Part shown: piece by piece, positions 49,076-62,644 of the stretch
Position numbering within the stretch: position 1 is the stretch's first letter
Layout of the letters: the number at the start of each line of letters is the position of its first letter
Assembly (NCBI RefSeq): GCF_018350175.1
Contig: NC_058368.1
Span: 18,416,001 to 18,480,000, forward strand
Length of the DNA stretch: 64,000 bases
Source of the DNA: Felis catus
Taxonomy: Eukaryota
Direction: 5' to 3'
The notes under the pieces: model-generated
Told to the model about the DNA's origin: nothing
The model's input: only the letters and a program-made list of their open reading frames with translations
Databases searched by the model: none
Program-made: the position numbers and the translations under genes

Positions 49076-49489
49076 AGAAACTTCATCTCAAGCCCCAGGA
49101 GCGTTGGCTCAGGGACTCCTTCCCAGCACAGAACCCCCCCTCCCCTTCCCGCCCCCCCCCCCCAATCCAGCTCCTACCCCACCAACAGACACGTCCCTTA
49201 CCCAGCAGCTGACCCAGCTTCCTCCCAGTTTGGAGTCAAAATTGCTCAGGGAGCCTGAGGACACTGAATCCCCAGGAAATAAGGGCCATCAGCTCCCGTA
49301 GTAAATACCAGCCACTTCATGTGTTTAATAGTTTTGTGAGCTACCACACGACTGATGTTAAGAGCCTCTTTGCCTACGCACATATATGGTGAGTGTGTCT
49401 CTAACACATACAGTGCCATACACGATCATTAAGATTTTATGGTAGTCTTTGTGGAACACACACTCCACGTTCTAATCCTATGTTACATG

Positions 49490-49740
49490 TTGTAGAGAAA
49501 ACATCACCGGCTCCGGAGTTAGCAGACCCGGGTTTGAGCCTGCCTCTGCCATGACCAGTGGCAAGTCCTTGGGCAAGTCACGGGAACCCGTCTGAGCCGC
49601 AAATTCCTCATCCACAAAACAAGGGCAATTCCTGGGTTGCAGCTGTGGGATTATGAATTGGGTATAATCTGTGTTGGCCATAGCTTCTGGCAGTCGTCAG
49701 GTGCATAACAAGCTGGAGTCCCGTGATGAGCATGGTTATC
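49490..49740 (+). mobile_element. MIR
   Basis: agacccgggtttgagcctgcctctgccatgaccag...ccttgggcaagtcac. Confidence 0.75.
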
Positions 49741-49758
49741 ATTAAACCCTGTAATACC

Positions 49759-49950
49759 GGGGCGCCCGGGTGGCTCAGTTGGTTAAGCGACCGACTTCGG
49801 CTCAGGTCATGATCTCACGGGTTGGGAGTTCCAGCCCAGAGCCTGGAGCCTACTTCAGATTCTATGTCTCTCCCTCTCTCTACCCCTCCCCTGCTCATGC
49901 TCTGCGTCTCTCTGCCTCTCAATAATAAATAAACGTTAAAAAAAAAAAAA
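49759..49950 (+). mobile_element. Can-SINE with internal deletion
   Basis: TSD aaaccctgtaatac / aaaacctgtcatac. Confidence 0.92.
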
Positions 49951-50264
49951 ACCTGTCATACAGCTTGTAGTGGTGTTCCCTCTCAGATACTTAGTTATAC
50001 CTAATTCAGTCCCAACCAATCTCTGTGTCGCTTTCTGCATAAAATAGTCCTTGCCACTATTTGAATCCAGTTGGCTTGGCCCTAAAACCACCTTTATACA
50101 CTTCCCCGCACTGGAGTCCAAAGTTCGTTCTTTAGCTGTAGACCAATCTGCGTACATTCTTGGTCACCTTCATCAATACCTCAGGATCGTAGGGAGAAGC
50201 CGGTCACCCATCTAACCAACCCCTTAATCCCCAGCCTTCCAGTCCCTACTTCACTCTGGGGCCG

Positions 50265-50493
50265 TGGTTCTCGCCAGAGGGGGTAGGGACAAAACCCTCA
50301 ACAGAAGACAGTTGACCACGTCTGGAGACATTTTTGGTTGTCACAACTGGGGGCTGGGAGGATGCCACTGGCATCTAGTAGACTGAGGCCAGAGATGCTA
50401 CCAAACCCCCTACAAAGTACAGGACAGCCCCCCACAACAAAGAAGTATCCAGCCCCAGATGTTCATGGTCCTGAAGCACAGAGACCCTGCCCT
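50265..50493. mobile_element. MER20-like hAT relic
   Basis: gtctggagacatttttggttgtcacaactgggg...actggcatctagtagactgaggccagagatgct...acaggacagccccccacaacaaagaagtatccagcccc. Confidence 0.88.
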
Positions 50494-51610
50494 AGATTAA
50501 AGCTGGTAGGGCAGTAACCTCAGTCGCCTCTTTACCACACACCAGTATCTTCCACCCTCCTGGCTGCCCTCCATTTCCCGTCGCAGGAGTCCTCCAAATG
50601 GTCTTAACCCTTTATGCCCCATGGGGACTTTCAAGCCTCTCAGGAACGGCCTGGCTGTTCATTTCCTGAGGACTGCTGCGTTGCAGACTTTACCTCATGA
50701 CTGGTGGGGACTTGTGGGAGAGCCACACAGGCAGGTTTGCACCCACCTAAAAGGCAGGCTGCCATTTTAGAAAAAGGCAGATGCACAAGGATTCTGGCCG
50801 CAAGCCCTAGTGTATCTCTGATTCTTTGTCTTTTCTCTAAGTTGTTCTGAGGGGTATCAGCCCCCGACCTTTTCTTTGGGTTGCTTATTCTTCAGCCAAA
50901 CTGCACATCCAGCACTAGAAGGCAAGCTCTTTCTTCCTTCTCACACTGATGGCCTTCTCCTCTCTAGCACTGCCTTTCTCTGATCCCAAACTTGGAACAA
51001 GAAACCCCCATATGTCTCTTGCTGGACATGGGCTGGTTCAAGCTCATTCCATTTGAACACGAATGTGAATGTGACTCTACCCACATTCCACTCTTCCGGG
51101 ACATCTGTCGTCAACCTCCTAGCTACTTAAAATTTTACACTGTTAACGCGAACATTGGATAATCTGGCCAAAAGTGGCTCTTTCCTCATGCATACCTAAC
51201 CTTAGCTAAAAAAGAGGAAACCAACCTATTATTCCCAAAGGATGAACTGAAGAATACATAGGACAATTCTCAAACATTCCTGCATAACTAAAAGGAATAA
51301 AAGAAGCCTTGAAATAATGTGTGTAAAAATTAATGAAATGCATGAAGGAGTCTATGACTGCTGGAGAGGTGGTTTTACCAAGCAAGAAGGCACTTTTTGT
51401 ATCTCTCAAGGAGACCCGGGACCCATTCTTTACTCTTTCTTCTTGCTGGATATTGAAAGTGCACGGAGTCCTGGGACGTACAGAGCATGCCCCGATCAAG
51501 TCTCTATCTTTGTAAATGCTTATGGGCTATGGTAGTGGGCACAACCTGACACAGCCTCTGTGAGCCTGACACAGCACACAGAGCCTCCCACACACATGCC
51601 CATTCCTTTT

Positions 51611-51824
51611 TTTCTTTTCTTAATGTTTTTATTTATTTTTGAGACAGAGAGAGACAGAGCATGAGCAGGGGAGAGCAGAGAGAGAGGGAGACACAGAATC
51701 TGAAACAGGCTCCAGGCTCCGAGCTGTCAGCACAGAGCCCGATGCAGGGCTCGAACTCACGGACGTGAGATCACGACCTGAGCCGAAGTCGGACGCTCAA
51801 CCGACCGAGCCACCCAGGCGCCCC
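51611..51824 (-). mobile_element. Can-SINE
   Basis: TSD acatgcccattcctttt / acatgcccgttcctttt. Confidence 0.95.
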
Positions 51825-52149
51825 AACATGCCCGTTCCTTTTAATAGCTGAGCTCTCAGTGCCGCTTTCTTATTTCTGGTTTGATTTCCATTTTTTTTCC
51901 CTTTGTTTGCAGGGCTCGTAAACACTCAAGCAAGTGCCTGGTCTCAGATCATTAGGGGAAGGCTGTCTAGTCTTGATCTACCTCCGGGGTCAGCAGACTT
52001 CAGCTGAGATCCTTAGCTTCACGGGAGAGGTGGCAACCCCGTGGAATAGTATGGTAGGTAGCGTTCCTCTGTTTGTTTCTTCTTCATCTGCAGACTCTAC
52101 TGTTTCTCCACATGTTTCCTGTGTCTCCCAGAAAGCCGACCCCATCGCG

Positions 52150-52620
52150 ACCCCAGGAGTGGGCAATGATTAGCCAAGCACAGACCAGGTGACCCCACAC
52201 CTGTTGCCAGTGACTGGTTCTGTGGCTCAGGCGTCAGCTGGAAGCTCATGACATTCCCTTGGTAATAGTTATTAGTGCCAGGGTGGGATGAGACCTGAAT
52301 TGGCCCCATCACACTGAAGGGAAGGAAGAGAGCCTCTCCCCTGCCGAAACCCAGAGTGGTGAGGAAGGAAACACACGGGCGCACTTCGTGCTGGTAGCCA
52401 TCATTCAACCATAAGGAGAACAAATTTAAAAATGAAAACCAATGCTAAGGACACGGGGCAGAAAGACACGGACAACTGGATCCTTGACGCCCCAGAGTCG
52501 TTGAATCGAATAATCCTGAAGTACATTCTACCTACTTGCTGGGAGAGACGACGCACCTTCTGACTGTTTGCATCAGATTTTCTCTTAGACCCCAGAGCGT
52601 CTCAACTGATCATTTCTCCA
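52150..52620 (+). mobile_element. LTR16-like ERVL LTR relic
   Basis: gccagtgactggttc...gagacctgaattggcccc...ctggtagccatc...cccagagcgtctcaactgat. Confidence 0.5.
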
Positions 52621-53989
52621 CTTTGGCAGAACTTTGGGTTCTATAAAGGATGCACTGCCCTTCTCCCTCCAGGAGGCTCAGAAATCCACGGATATCAGCT
52701 CTCTTGCCTTAAACTACATCCCGAAACATCTTCTAAGCCCACCAGAGCAATCAAAAGATCTCCTACCTGGAAAGTTTGAAATTGTTGTTGGCCAACTCAA
52801 GACCCTCAACATGGCCTCCTGGACACCCTGCCACACCGCTTCCTTCTTTTTCTTTCTCTTATCCCTTCCCACATTTGTCAGCCAGATCTCTTTCCCTCTC
52901 CATTCCTGTCAGGGCTTTGTGGTCTTTCTGAACAGTTTACCCAAGATGGCCTCAGGTACAAGTGTTTATGACGCCCATGCCAAGTACTTGCTAATCTCTC
53001 ACGTGCCATCGGGTATATGGAATCCTTGCAGTTTATCTGGATGATCAAGCTACTTCGTTTTTTACATTCTGCTTAGTTGATATCAGCGCCCTCGAACAGA
53101 AAGAACATGGATCCGTGCTTTGCCTAAAGAGAAAGAGCTGACACGGCTTACACTGGCAATGCATCAGTTCCACCTCAAGGAAATCAACAGGGAGAAGCTA
53201 ATGAAACGGAACAGTTCTCATATTAACCAGTTAGCTATTCAGCTTAGGACAGATGTGGAAAATAAGCCCATATGAGACAAATTCATTAAAGTGAAATTAT
53301 CCGTTCAACACCTTGATATCTGAGCAGACTGATGTTTCAAAATTATTATAATTATGATCATGGGGATAAAGAGAGCCAAACTTTCAAAAGAAGACTTGAA
53401 AAAAATTAAAAATTCTAGTGCTACCCTGTGAGATGCAAATAATGAGCTGGTCACAGATCCCCAGGATATCAGCAATTGCTCTAAATCCTTCTTGATGAGG
53501 AATCGGTGACTCTGAACTCGACATTAATTCAAATGCAAATAATATCTCTTCCCCCTGAGGATCATTATTCCTGATTCGGCAGGCAGTTTAATGGGAAATC
53601 TGCAGGTGCGCGGCAGACCCAACCGGAGAAGTTGCCCTGGCTCCTCAGACGCCTATAGACATGGAATCTGAGAGTCGGAGCCCAGAGATCTGAGTTCCCT
53701 CACTAGCTCTGAGGTTGGGTCTCTGGGTACAGCACGTGAAACTCACTAGGGTGTAGACGAGATGCCTGCAGCCTGGAAAGAACTACAGGCCTCTTCTGCT
53801 TCTCTCAAGCACCAACCCCACCCTTCGGTAGCTGTTAGCCACCTTAGCCCTCGGCACGGAGGTTCTTTATAAACACTATCTGCGGAAGAGAGTGAACCTT
53901 CGGCATTGTCACTTTTAGGAGACCACACAGGAGAAAGAGCTAAAAGCCTCTGAAACTGGATGGCTCGAGTTTGAGTGTAGGATGCTAGG

Positions 53990-54380
53990 AAAATTCCATG
54001 GCCATCTATGCCTGTTTCTCCATCAGCAAAATGAGGCCATTGATGCATCTACCTTGTAGGACCACAGTGTGGTTTAAGAGATACAGCGCACTTTTCACAG
54101 GCAACATAGGGAAGTCATTAGGAGCAAGGACCCTGGAGCCAGGCTTGACTAGGTCTCGATCCACACCCCACCACTTGCTTAAATATAAACTTGGCAAGTT
54201 AACTTTTTCTTTACATCAGCGTGCTCAGATGTAAATGGGGAGATAATATTAACAACCTCCCATAGTTGTTGTGAAGATTAACATTTTAAAGTCATTTAGA
54301 CCAGTGTCTGGCTTACATAACAAGTACTATATGTGCTTTGAGCATAGCATTTGGCCCACAGTGAGAGCTCGATAATTATT
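53990..54380 (+). mobile_element. MIR fragments (nested or tandem)
   Basis: cttggcaagttaactttt...gtaaatggggagataatattaacaacctcccatagttgttgtgaagatta. Confidence 0.75.
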
Positions 54381-56777
54381 ATTTGTTAGTAGCAGATTTA
54401 AGAATTAGCGATAACCTTTGTGTGACTGGTAGTAAGATCGCAGAAGAGAGGAAGAGAGAAGAATATTTCTCAGGACAGAACCAGAAAAGGCAGGATACTT
54501 TTCGCTAGAAGAAATTGCCTTCTCAGCAAGGACTTCTTAGGAGGCCTCACGTCACAGCAGAAATGCGATGTGATGCTGCGAGGTGTTCTGGTGACCCGGG
54601 ATCACCGACTAGAAATCTATCAGTCACGCAGATGCCATTCTCAATGAGAAGCCCCAAAGCATATTTCTGAGGTGAGCAGAAGGGGACAGGGTCAGCCAGG
54701 GTAGGAAGCTATCGTGTGTGACAATCACGGGTCTGAGTGACTACAGACACATGACGTCCCTCAATACTCAGCAAAACCAAGTCATAGCTTATGCTCCAGA
54801 ATCACACACAGAAACAGCATGTCCAGTGGATAAGCTGAACTTGTCCAAGAAAGGTGAATAACAACAGTCCTTGGCCTGCAGTCTTGCAGGGTCATGAAGA
54901 CCTGCCTGGTGTCAATGTTCATTTTTTTTTTAAGCCACAAATGAAAAAAATGACACCTGTTTTTTCAAAGAACAGAGTTGCAGGAGACATACTAATTCAA
55001 CAGATGGGTAATAGGATACACTTGGCTTGTTTTATGTGCTAAATCTATCCCTAAAAACTGCGTATAGGAAAAAAAAAATGGAGAAGTAAAGCCTGACGAA
55101 TATCTGGTTCAAACAACCCTGCAGCATATCTGAAAAATCTCTTAAATATAAATAATTACCCCTAATTTTTCTTTTCTGGAGGGCTTTTTTTTTTTTTTTA
55201 ATTATAATTTGGTAGACACACATTGAGTTTTCTTAAGCCAGGACTTCTATTTTTTATTAGAGTCTTTTGCCTGACTATTCCCTCTTTTATTCTAGATTGT
55301 ATTAGCAAGAACTTAAAGGTATTACAAGGTAAGTGAGACATTAGACATAGTTCCCATACGGAACTTTCTCTCACTTCCTTCAGGGCAAATAAGTGCTAAG
55401 GTACTTGCATAGTAAATATTAATCATTGCATCTAGCCACATCTTGCAGATTTGTCATTGTCAAAGGTTGTAATTCCATTATGACCGTCTTACAATGTGAT
55501 TAGAATCCTGTATTAGCTAAAGCCATTTTACGTTCAAGGACAAAACCTAAAGCAAAATATTATATTTATATATGTATGAAAAAAGAAAAAGTAATCTGTT
55601 GCCTTCACCTTTAGTATTGGGGGAAATGGCTGGAAAAACGTTCGCAATAATTTCTTCCCTTGCTTCTAAGGTCAGTTCGTTCTCAAGGCTTTCCTATCTC
55701 ACTACGAATTTCAAAAAATAAAAAAAATAAATTAAATAAAAATAGATGACAGCTCCTTATTCATCAGAGATGTATCCCTTAATCTTCTCTTCAGCTACCT
55801 GACAACATACATCCAGTGTTCCTTTCTGCCTTTAGTTTCAAAAGTAAGGCAAATGTGAGATCCATGCTTCTATTATACATCGATGTTTTTTGTCTTGAGG
55901 ATACAGCATCATTATGAACAGGGCTTCACTTCTAAGTCTTTTTATCCCCAGACGGTTCTGTCACGGCACCTGAGTCGCCAACCAGCAAAGCTCCCCAATC
56001 AGGGACAACCATCTCTGTCCTTTTGGTCTCCGTCAGCACGTGATCCAGAGCTTTCCCTCTCCACAATCATGGAACCACAGGTCACCCCAGGAAGAAAACA
56101 GCAGGCTGGGAATAGTGCAGCTTATGTCCTCAGTCCCCTTTTTCTCCTGTTTTCAATGGAAGCCACTTGTCTCCCCAACCTGAGTGTCAGTCACCACACT
56201 GGAGCCACCACACTTCAAATTCCTTCTCATCTTCTCCAGCCTGAGGAGAGTCCTCGGTCTGATGGAAGCCGTCTGCTTAGGAGGCTACAGCTCATTTCCG
56301 TGAGTTCACCATTTACTCCTTGGAACCAGGAAGCGGTGAGACGCTAGGAGACTTGTCACCTCCGGGCCCCACAGAGTGGTCTATGTATTTCCACTTGCTA
56401 ACTGAGGGACACCAGTCTTCCTCATGCCCTCCACGGCAGGGCCACCTCTAATTACATTCTCTTACCTATGAAGCTACTCTCACTGCTCATGCCAAAGGCC
56501 TTTGTTCCAATATCCAAGTAGGGTAATATGACATTCAGAAAATCGTCGTACTGTTCCCTGTTTTATAAACAGAATGAAGGCAGCAGAAGAGATGTTTAAT
56601 TTTGCAGTCAAGATGCCCTCCTCTGATAGCCTATGAAGTATAAAGTCTACTCGAGGGAGCTGAGTCCTGCTGAGAATTCTTAAACCATAAAAAGAATGCA
56701 TCAGTGTGCACTATCCCTTCTCAATCTCCTCTTCCATCCTGTGTCTACCAAGATTACGTTGACTGGAGACTCTACCC

Positions 56778-56965
56778 AGGTCACGGGTTCTCAGGCCAAA
56801 GGGTGGATCAGAATCACCAGGGGAATGTATTAAAAATGTCAATTCCCAGATCCCACCCTCTAGCAATTTGATTTGGGGGATGCAAACCAGGTGTTGAGAA
56901 ATCTGAACGTTCAGCTGGCGGACCAGTTGATTCTGAAGCAGGAGGTCCAAGGCCACGTTTGCACA
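56778..56965. mobile_element. MER5A-like hAT relic
   Basis: ggatcagaatcaccaggggaatgtattaaaaatgtcaattcccagatcccaccc...ttgattctgaagca. Confidence 0.75.
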
Positions 56966-57189
56966 CTGGCCTGGGTCAAAGTCACCACTTTTTAAATACT
57001 CAAATCCTGCCTTTTTCAGCATTCACAGGATGGATTCTTTCTTTTTCCCCCCACTCATACTAAGTACTCAGGGTTAGATGTTGTCTCTAGGCCCCTAACA
57101 CATCTAAAAGTCTTGCTGAAGCAAACAGTACAGTGTTTTGGATTCCTAGGATGGCTCTTAATTCAGAAATCCTTTTCCAATCCATATGG

Positions 57190-57625
57190 TGAGCCAGGCT
57201 CTGAAGAGAGAGGATGAAAGAAGCAGTTCTTGCCCTCAAAAGCTCATGAGCACATGGGGGAGACGTTCGGTTAAATGAGCAGTCACGGCATGGTATAAGA
57301 GTAAGGATTATAAAGATAGGCACACGTTGCTGTGCAAAACAGAAGAAGGGGCACTACCCAAGACAAGAGATCAGGAAGATTTCTCGGAGCAGGTGACATC
57401 AGAACAGGGTTTGGGATAAGGAGAAGACATTAACCTAGCCAAGAAGACAGAGAGGGAAAGCACAGAGCCCAGCAGACGCATTACGTGGATGAAACATCTA
57501 CAAGGAGTTCGCTATGGCCTGGGTATAGAGGCACTGAAGAAGGATGAGCAGGGAAGAGGCTGACGGAGTAGAGCAGACATAAACTACACCTAAGAGTTTG
57601 GAAATTATTCACCGGCCATTGCATG
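57190..57625 (-). mobile_element. L2 relic
   Basis: gttcttgccctcaaaagctcat...atcaggaagatttctcggagcaggtgacatc...aagagtttggaaattattc. Confidence 0.65.
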
Positions 57626-58561
57626 TTTCAGTTGTGGATAGAAGATGGGTCAGATGGGGGAAAGACTGGGTATTTAGATTATTTCCTCACATAGCCAGGC
57701 TCAAATACCAAAGCTTAATAACACCAAGTCTGTGGCTTTGGCACCATATTCCTTTTTCTAAGTAATAAAAAAGTTTAAAGTTTCTATTACACATGGAAAT
57801 CTGTTGACAATTTTAATCTGATGGCAGGGGCTACGGTGCTGTGACTTAATGACAGAGTCCTCTGCCAGGAGAAACAAAGAAGGTGCTGTTGCTGGCGTGA
57901 TTCAACTCTGCTTCATTGCCTTATTTCACATACCCTCTTCGTTTTGTTAAATTCGTCTTCTTACAAGCTAGGATCTTCCTGATGGATTCTTCGAGTCAAT
58001 CTAGGACAATGTATTTTTAGCTCAAAAGTGCGGTTAGCTGCACAGTCCTTCGCAGCCTAAATACCTTCCACCACAACCCCGGCCTGCCTTCCAGATGCAG
58101 CCCCGCCGTGCCCCCCATGCCTGCTGTGCCCCGGTCGCCAGAGTTAGAGCACAGGCCTGCCACACAGCTGCCTAAATCCCTGCATCTGCTCATACGCTTC
58201 CCTCCGCCTTCCAGTAAGAATGCCCTTCCTCCAGCCTCATTTCCCTTCTACACTTTTCTGATTCTCCAAGCTCAACTGGTTGAGCTTCAACATACCTTGC
58301 ACCCAGACATGTGGCCTCTGATTGTCTTCTAGAGCTTGGCTTGCATTTGTGCACAGATTTGCAGCGTGAACTCCTTCAGGGACAAGCACTGACTTCTGTC
58401 AGCTCTGTCTCCCAGCTCAGTGACTACACAGGGCTGAATTACACTGCACAGCGCTGCATTTCTATGTTCCAGAAACTGTGCTCTAATAACCACAACCCAC
58501 AGGGATGCTCCCACTCATACTAACAGCTAGAGCTGGAGCTACCATTGACAGCTCTACTGAA

Positions 58562-58756
58562 AATATGTATATGAAATATGTATATAAAAATGTATATAAA
58601 AATATGTATATAAAATATGTATATGAAAAGTTGAGACTTTTCATATACATATTTATATATGTGGATATAAACACACATATATGGACATATATGTATGCAT
58701 GTATATATGTATGTGTATACATGTTTATATATGTGCATCTATTGTGTATATATAGT
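58562..58756. repeat. Degenerate AT-rich (TATG/TA)n low-complexity tract
   Basis: Seen directly. Confidence 0.85.
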
Positions 58757-58814
58757 TGAGAATATCTATGTGTACACAGTCAACTAATCCCATGCAGAGA
58801 GTATTCTCATCTCC

Positions 58815-59046
58815 TTTTTTATTTATTTTATTTTTTTGTATCTATATATTTATTCTTGAGAGAGACAGAGACAGCATGAGCAAGGGAGGGGGAGAGAGAG
58901 AGGGAGAGAGAGAGAGAATCCCAAGCAGGCTCCACATTGTCAGCACAGAAACTGCTGTGGGGTTCAAATCCACAAACCCATGAGATCATGACCGGAGCCA
59001 AAACTGAGAGTCAGACGCTTCACCGACTGAGCCACCCAGGCACCCC
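58815..59046 (-). mobile_element. Can-SINE (older type)
   Basis: Reverse SINE body and T-rich tail. Confidence 0.9.
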
Positions 59047-59459
59047 AATCGTCTCCCTTTTAGAGATGATTCAAATGAGTCACGGAGAGGGTAGGTGATG
59101 ACCACAGAGCAGAGGGGGCCATCCAAAGCGGTCTCCTCCAACAAGGAAGCCCGCACACATACACAAAGCACCTCCTTGCATTGCCGACCCCTACCCCAGG
59201 GTGACTCAGATTATGCAGGCCTGAAACCTTCAACTCATCTTCAGCCTTCACTGCACTGCCAGCTCTCAGGGAAGGCTGGGAAGGGTGGGGGAGGGCGTGT
59301 GGGGATGAATAACTGCAGAATCTTGTGGACTCGCTGCTTCATGGAAGAAGAAAGAAAGACAAATCAGTGACGGAGGAAGAATCAAGAAAGGTAGGAGAAT
59401 TTGGGAGACAGCTTCATAGTGCATGTTGTCAGAAGCATGGCTTGATTCTCGCAGTTTTC

Positions 59460-59664
59460 TTTTGTTATAAAGTCTGTTTATTTTGAGAGAGAAAGAGAGA
59501 GAGCGGGAGGGGCAGAGAGAAGGAGAAAGAGAAAATCCCAAGTAGGCTCCATGTTGTCAGAGAAGAACCCCCCGACGCGGGGCTTGAACCCACGAACTGT
59601 GAGATCATGACCTGAGCTGAAATCAAGAGTTGGACGCTCAACCAACTGAGCCATGCAGGCGCCC
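59460..59664 (-). mobile_element. Can-SINE (older type)
   Basis: Reverse SINE body; TSD-like ctcgcagtttt / cttgcggtttt. Confidence 0.9.
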
Positions 59665-62429
59665 GGGTACTTGCGGTTTTAATGTCAACACGCTGACACC
59701 CACTTGCTGAATGACTGTCTCCCATACTGGCCTATAAGCTTGGTGAAGAAACCATGACGGTCAGGTTCACAGCTGTATTCCCAGCGCTTAGCCCAGCATC
59801 TAGTAACGACAGTAACAGTAGCCAGTATTTGTTGAGCACCTACGTGTGCCAGGACATTGTTCTAAACACAATCTCCATATTCCCTTGTCTAGTCTTCACA
59901 AAACCTTATGACATAGGTAGTAGTAATTCTATTTAATAGGTGAGGAAACTGAACCCTTTGAGAGGCTGCAGAGCTTACCTGTGCCACACACACAAGTCAG
60001 GGCTGGATATGAAGACAGATGGTACGACCCTGGAACCGCTTTTAACCTTCACGTTGTACCTTCCCATGTTATAGGAATCAGCCACATAAAAAGGATCCAC
60101 TGAATAAACCGTGACTAAAGGAGGAACAGTCAATAGGGGCAGAGCTGGAGAAGGGCAAAGAAGCATAGGAATGGAAAAGGGTCTTTGGATTTGGCAGGTA
60201 AAAGGGTGCTGTTGGCCTTCAAGAGGGCACGGTGGAGTCCTCCCTCTGTCCCGAGGAAGGCCGGAGCACCCTAGGTGAGGGTCTCTGCTGGGTTGGTCTT
60301 TGGATCCTCAATACCTAGCACGTGCCTGGCACCTGCTTTGCACTCCGGAAAGTCTGCCATGGCAGGTGGCCCCGGCCCCCTGACCCTGGCTCCCTTCCCA
60401 CGTGTCCCACTGCCCCCATTTATGAGCAAAGGACATAACAAGAGTTGAAGCTACTGGGAATAACAAAGTTATATTCTTGGGCCTGCAGGGTCGTCAAAGA
60501 GAGGAAATGTTGAAGACAGCAACCCAAAACTCTCAGTTTATAACTTTGAACTGGGGATGGGGGAGGGGTGGCGGGGGGACTGGCTTTCATTGGCTGTAGC
60601 TACCACATCAAAAATAAGTAACACATGAGAACTGCAACCACATGAAGGAAGACAGCACCAACCTCAGCGAGCCTCAATACCGAAGAAGCTTCTTGTTAGA
60701 AATGAAGCCTCCCAAATGAAAAACAAGCACCGTCTTTCTTGAAGGTCTAAATCACTTCAAAAGAGACTCACAAGCCCGGCTTAGATGAGTACCCCACCCC
60801 ACTTCCTTGCCGGCTTCTTCCACCACACTTTGCAGGAACTAGACCCCACTGAGCAGCAGGTCAGGGGCGGGAGGGAGTGGGGGAGAGGGAGGACCCGGCT
60901 GCTCTCTGCACGTTACTGTGATTTGCATATTACAGGACCTGGACCCAGATGGTGAGTAGGGAGGTGTTGCCATGCTCCGTATCTGTGTGGCCAGCCAGCT
61001 GGACCACTGGGCTCAGCCACACTCAGCTTCGGGAGGATGCAGATCTCCGTGAGTAGCACCGACATCTATTACCCCAGAAAGAAATTTGTTATTGGGCCTA
61101 ACGGGTTTTCTGTGTGTTCCTTTCGGACCATGGAGAGACCTCCCACGAAGACCAGATATGTCCACAGGAAGGTCACATCTCTTGTAGGGAAAATGTGGTC
61201 CCAGCACAACCCCGCTTCCTGGTGGCAGAGAGTTCAAGGAAAGCACCAGAAACAAGGCAAGCTAGCAAAGAGCCAGCTAGCCGGAAGCTCAGTATGTTGG
61301 CACTAATGAAAGCAGGCCGTGTATAGGCAGCACAAATCGAGAGAGCATTTCAAAGTCACTTACACTTGGCATTCAAGAGCATTTTGGTGCTTATATTTAA
61401 CTGTGGGTGTGTTTGGTATTTCTGTAATTTACAACACATGAGGCCACAATGTGAGAACCCGAAGCGGTAGGAGGCAAAGAGCCGTCCAGTTTTCCCATCC
61501 GGCTCCTGCTCCATTAGCGCTTGCCCAGGACTCGATGGTGGGGGGTGATGGCCCAGATTCCCAGCTGATGAAAAGCAGCCCAGGCTTCTGCTTTCAGGGA
61601 GCAGTCTTGGCTGAGCTCAGCAGTCTCCTGCTTTCTACCAAGAAGGAAAGGAGCAAGGAACCAATGGACTAGCTCAAAAGCCCTTCTTTCCTTGGAGTGA
61701 GCCAGTGCAGAGGAGAAGCTATGGCTGAGACTGGGAGAGGGTTGGAAACCCCCTCCGGCCCCATGCAAAGTGGGTCCATGAAAAGGGCAAAGGCTGGAGG
61801 CCTCCCTTGCTTTCTGTGTACATAGCACTCTGCCCAGAAGAGGCAGTCGAGCCGGGCAGCCCCGAAATGCTGGCCAGTGACAGGGGGAACCTCTCCCCCA
61901 GGGGAGGGCTCAGCGTGCTACTAAGGATGCTCCCTTCAAGTGAGAGGGAAGGAGGGTACGTACAGAATTGAAATGTAGGACACTTGCGAAGCATTTTGCT
62001 CACTTCTGGAAATTTCAGGGTAAACTGGGCCGGCTAACACAGCATAAGTGAAATGTATGTGTTTGTGTGCAGAGGGGTAGGGGGATTAGAGAGAAAAGCA
62101 AAAAAAGGAATAAGTAAAATAGCAGATGTTCGTTTACACAAACACATGAAGATATATAAGTAAGCGAAATTGATTGCTTAAGACAGTAGTTTCTCAAGAT
62201 CAGCGCCCCTATTAATGGCAGAAGGGGACAAACTGCCACTCCTCCATAGTGAGTTACAGATAGGAAGACAAGGAAGGACAGTGTCCAAATGTATCTTATG
62301 TATCATAGAAATACATGCATGACAAACATTTGTCAGTTTAATGAGGACAAATGTCCTTTCCTGGTAAAGATGGTCATCATGGCCTTTATTTTTTGAAATG
62401 ATGGTAAAAGTAGATGAGAATTATCTTTT

Positions 62430-62644
62430 TTTTTAACTTTTTTTTTTAATATATTTTTGAGACAGAGAGAGACAGAGCATGAACGGGGGAGGGGCAGAGA
62501 GAGAGGGAGACACAGAATCCGAAGCAGGCTCCAGGCTCTGGGCCGTCAGCCCAGAGCCTGATGTGGGGCTCGAACTCACAGACCGCGAGATCGTGACCTG
62601 AGCTGAAGTCGGACGCTCAACCGACTGAGCCACCTAGGCGCCCC
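62430..62644 (-). mobile_element. Can-SINE
   Basis: TSD atgagaattatctttt / acgagaattatctttt. Confidence 0.95.
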
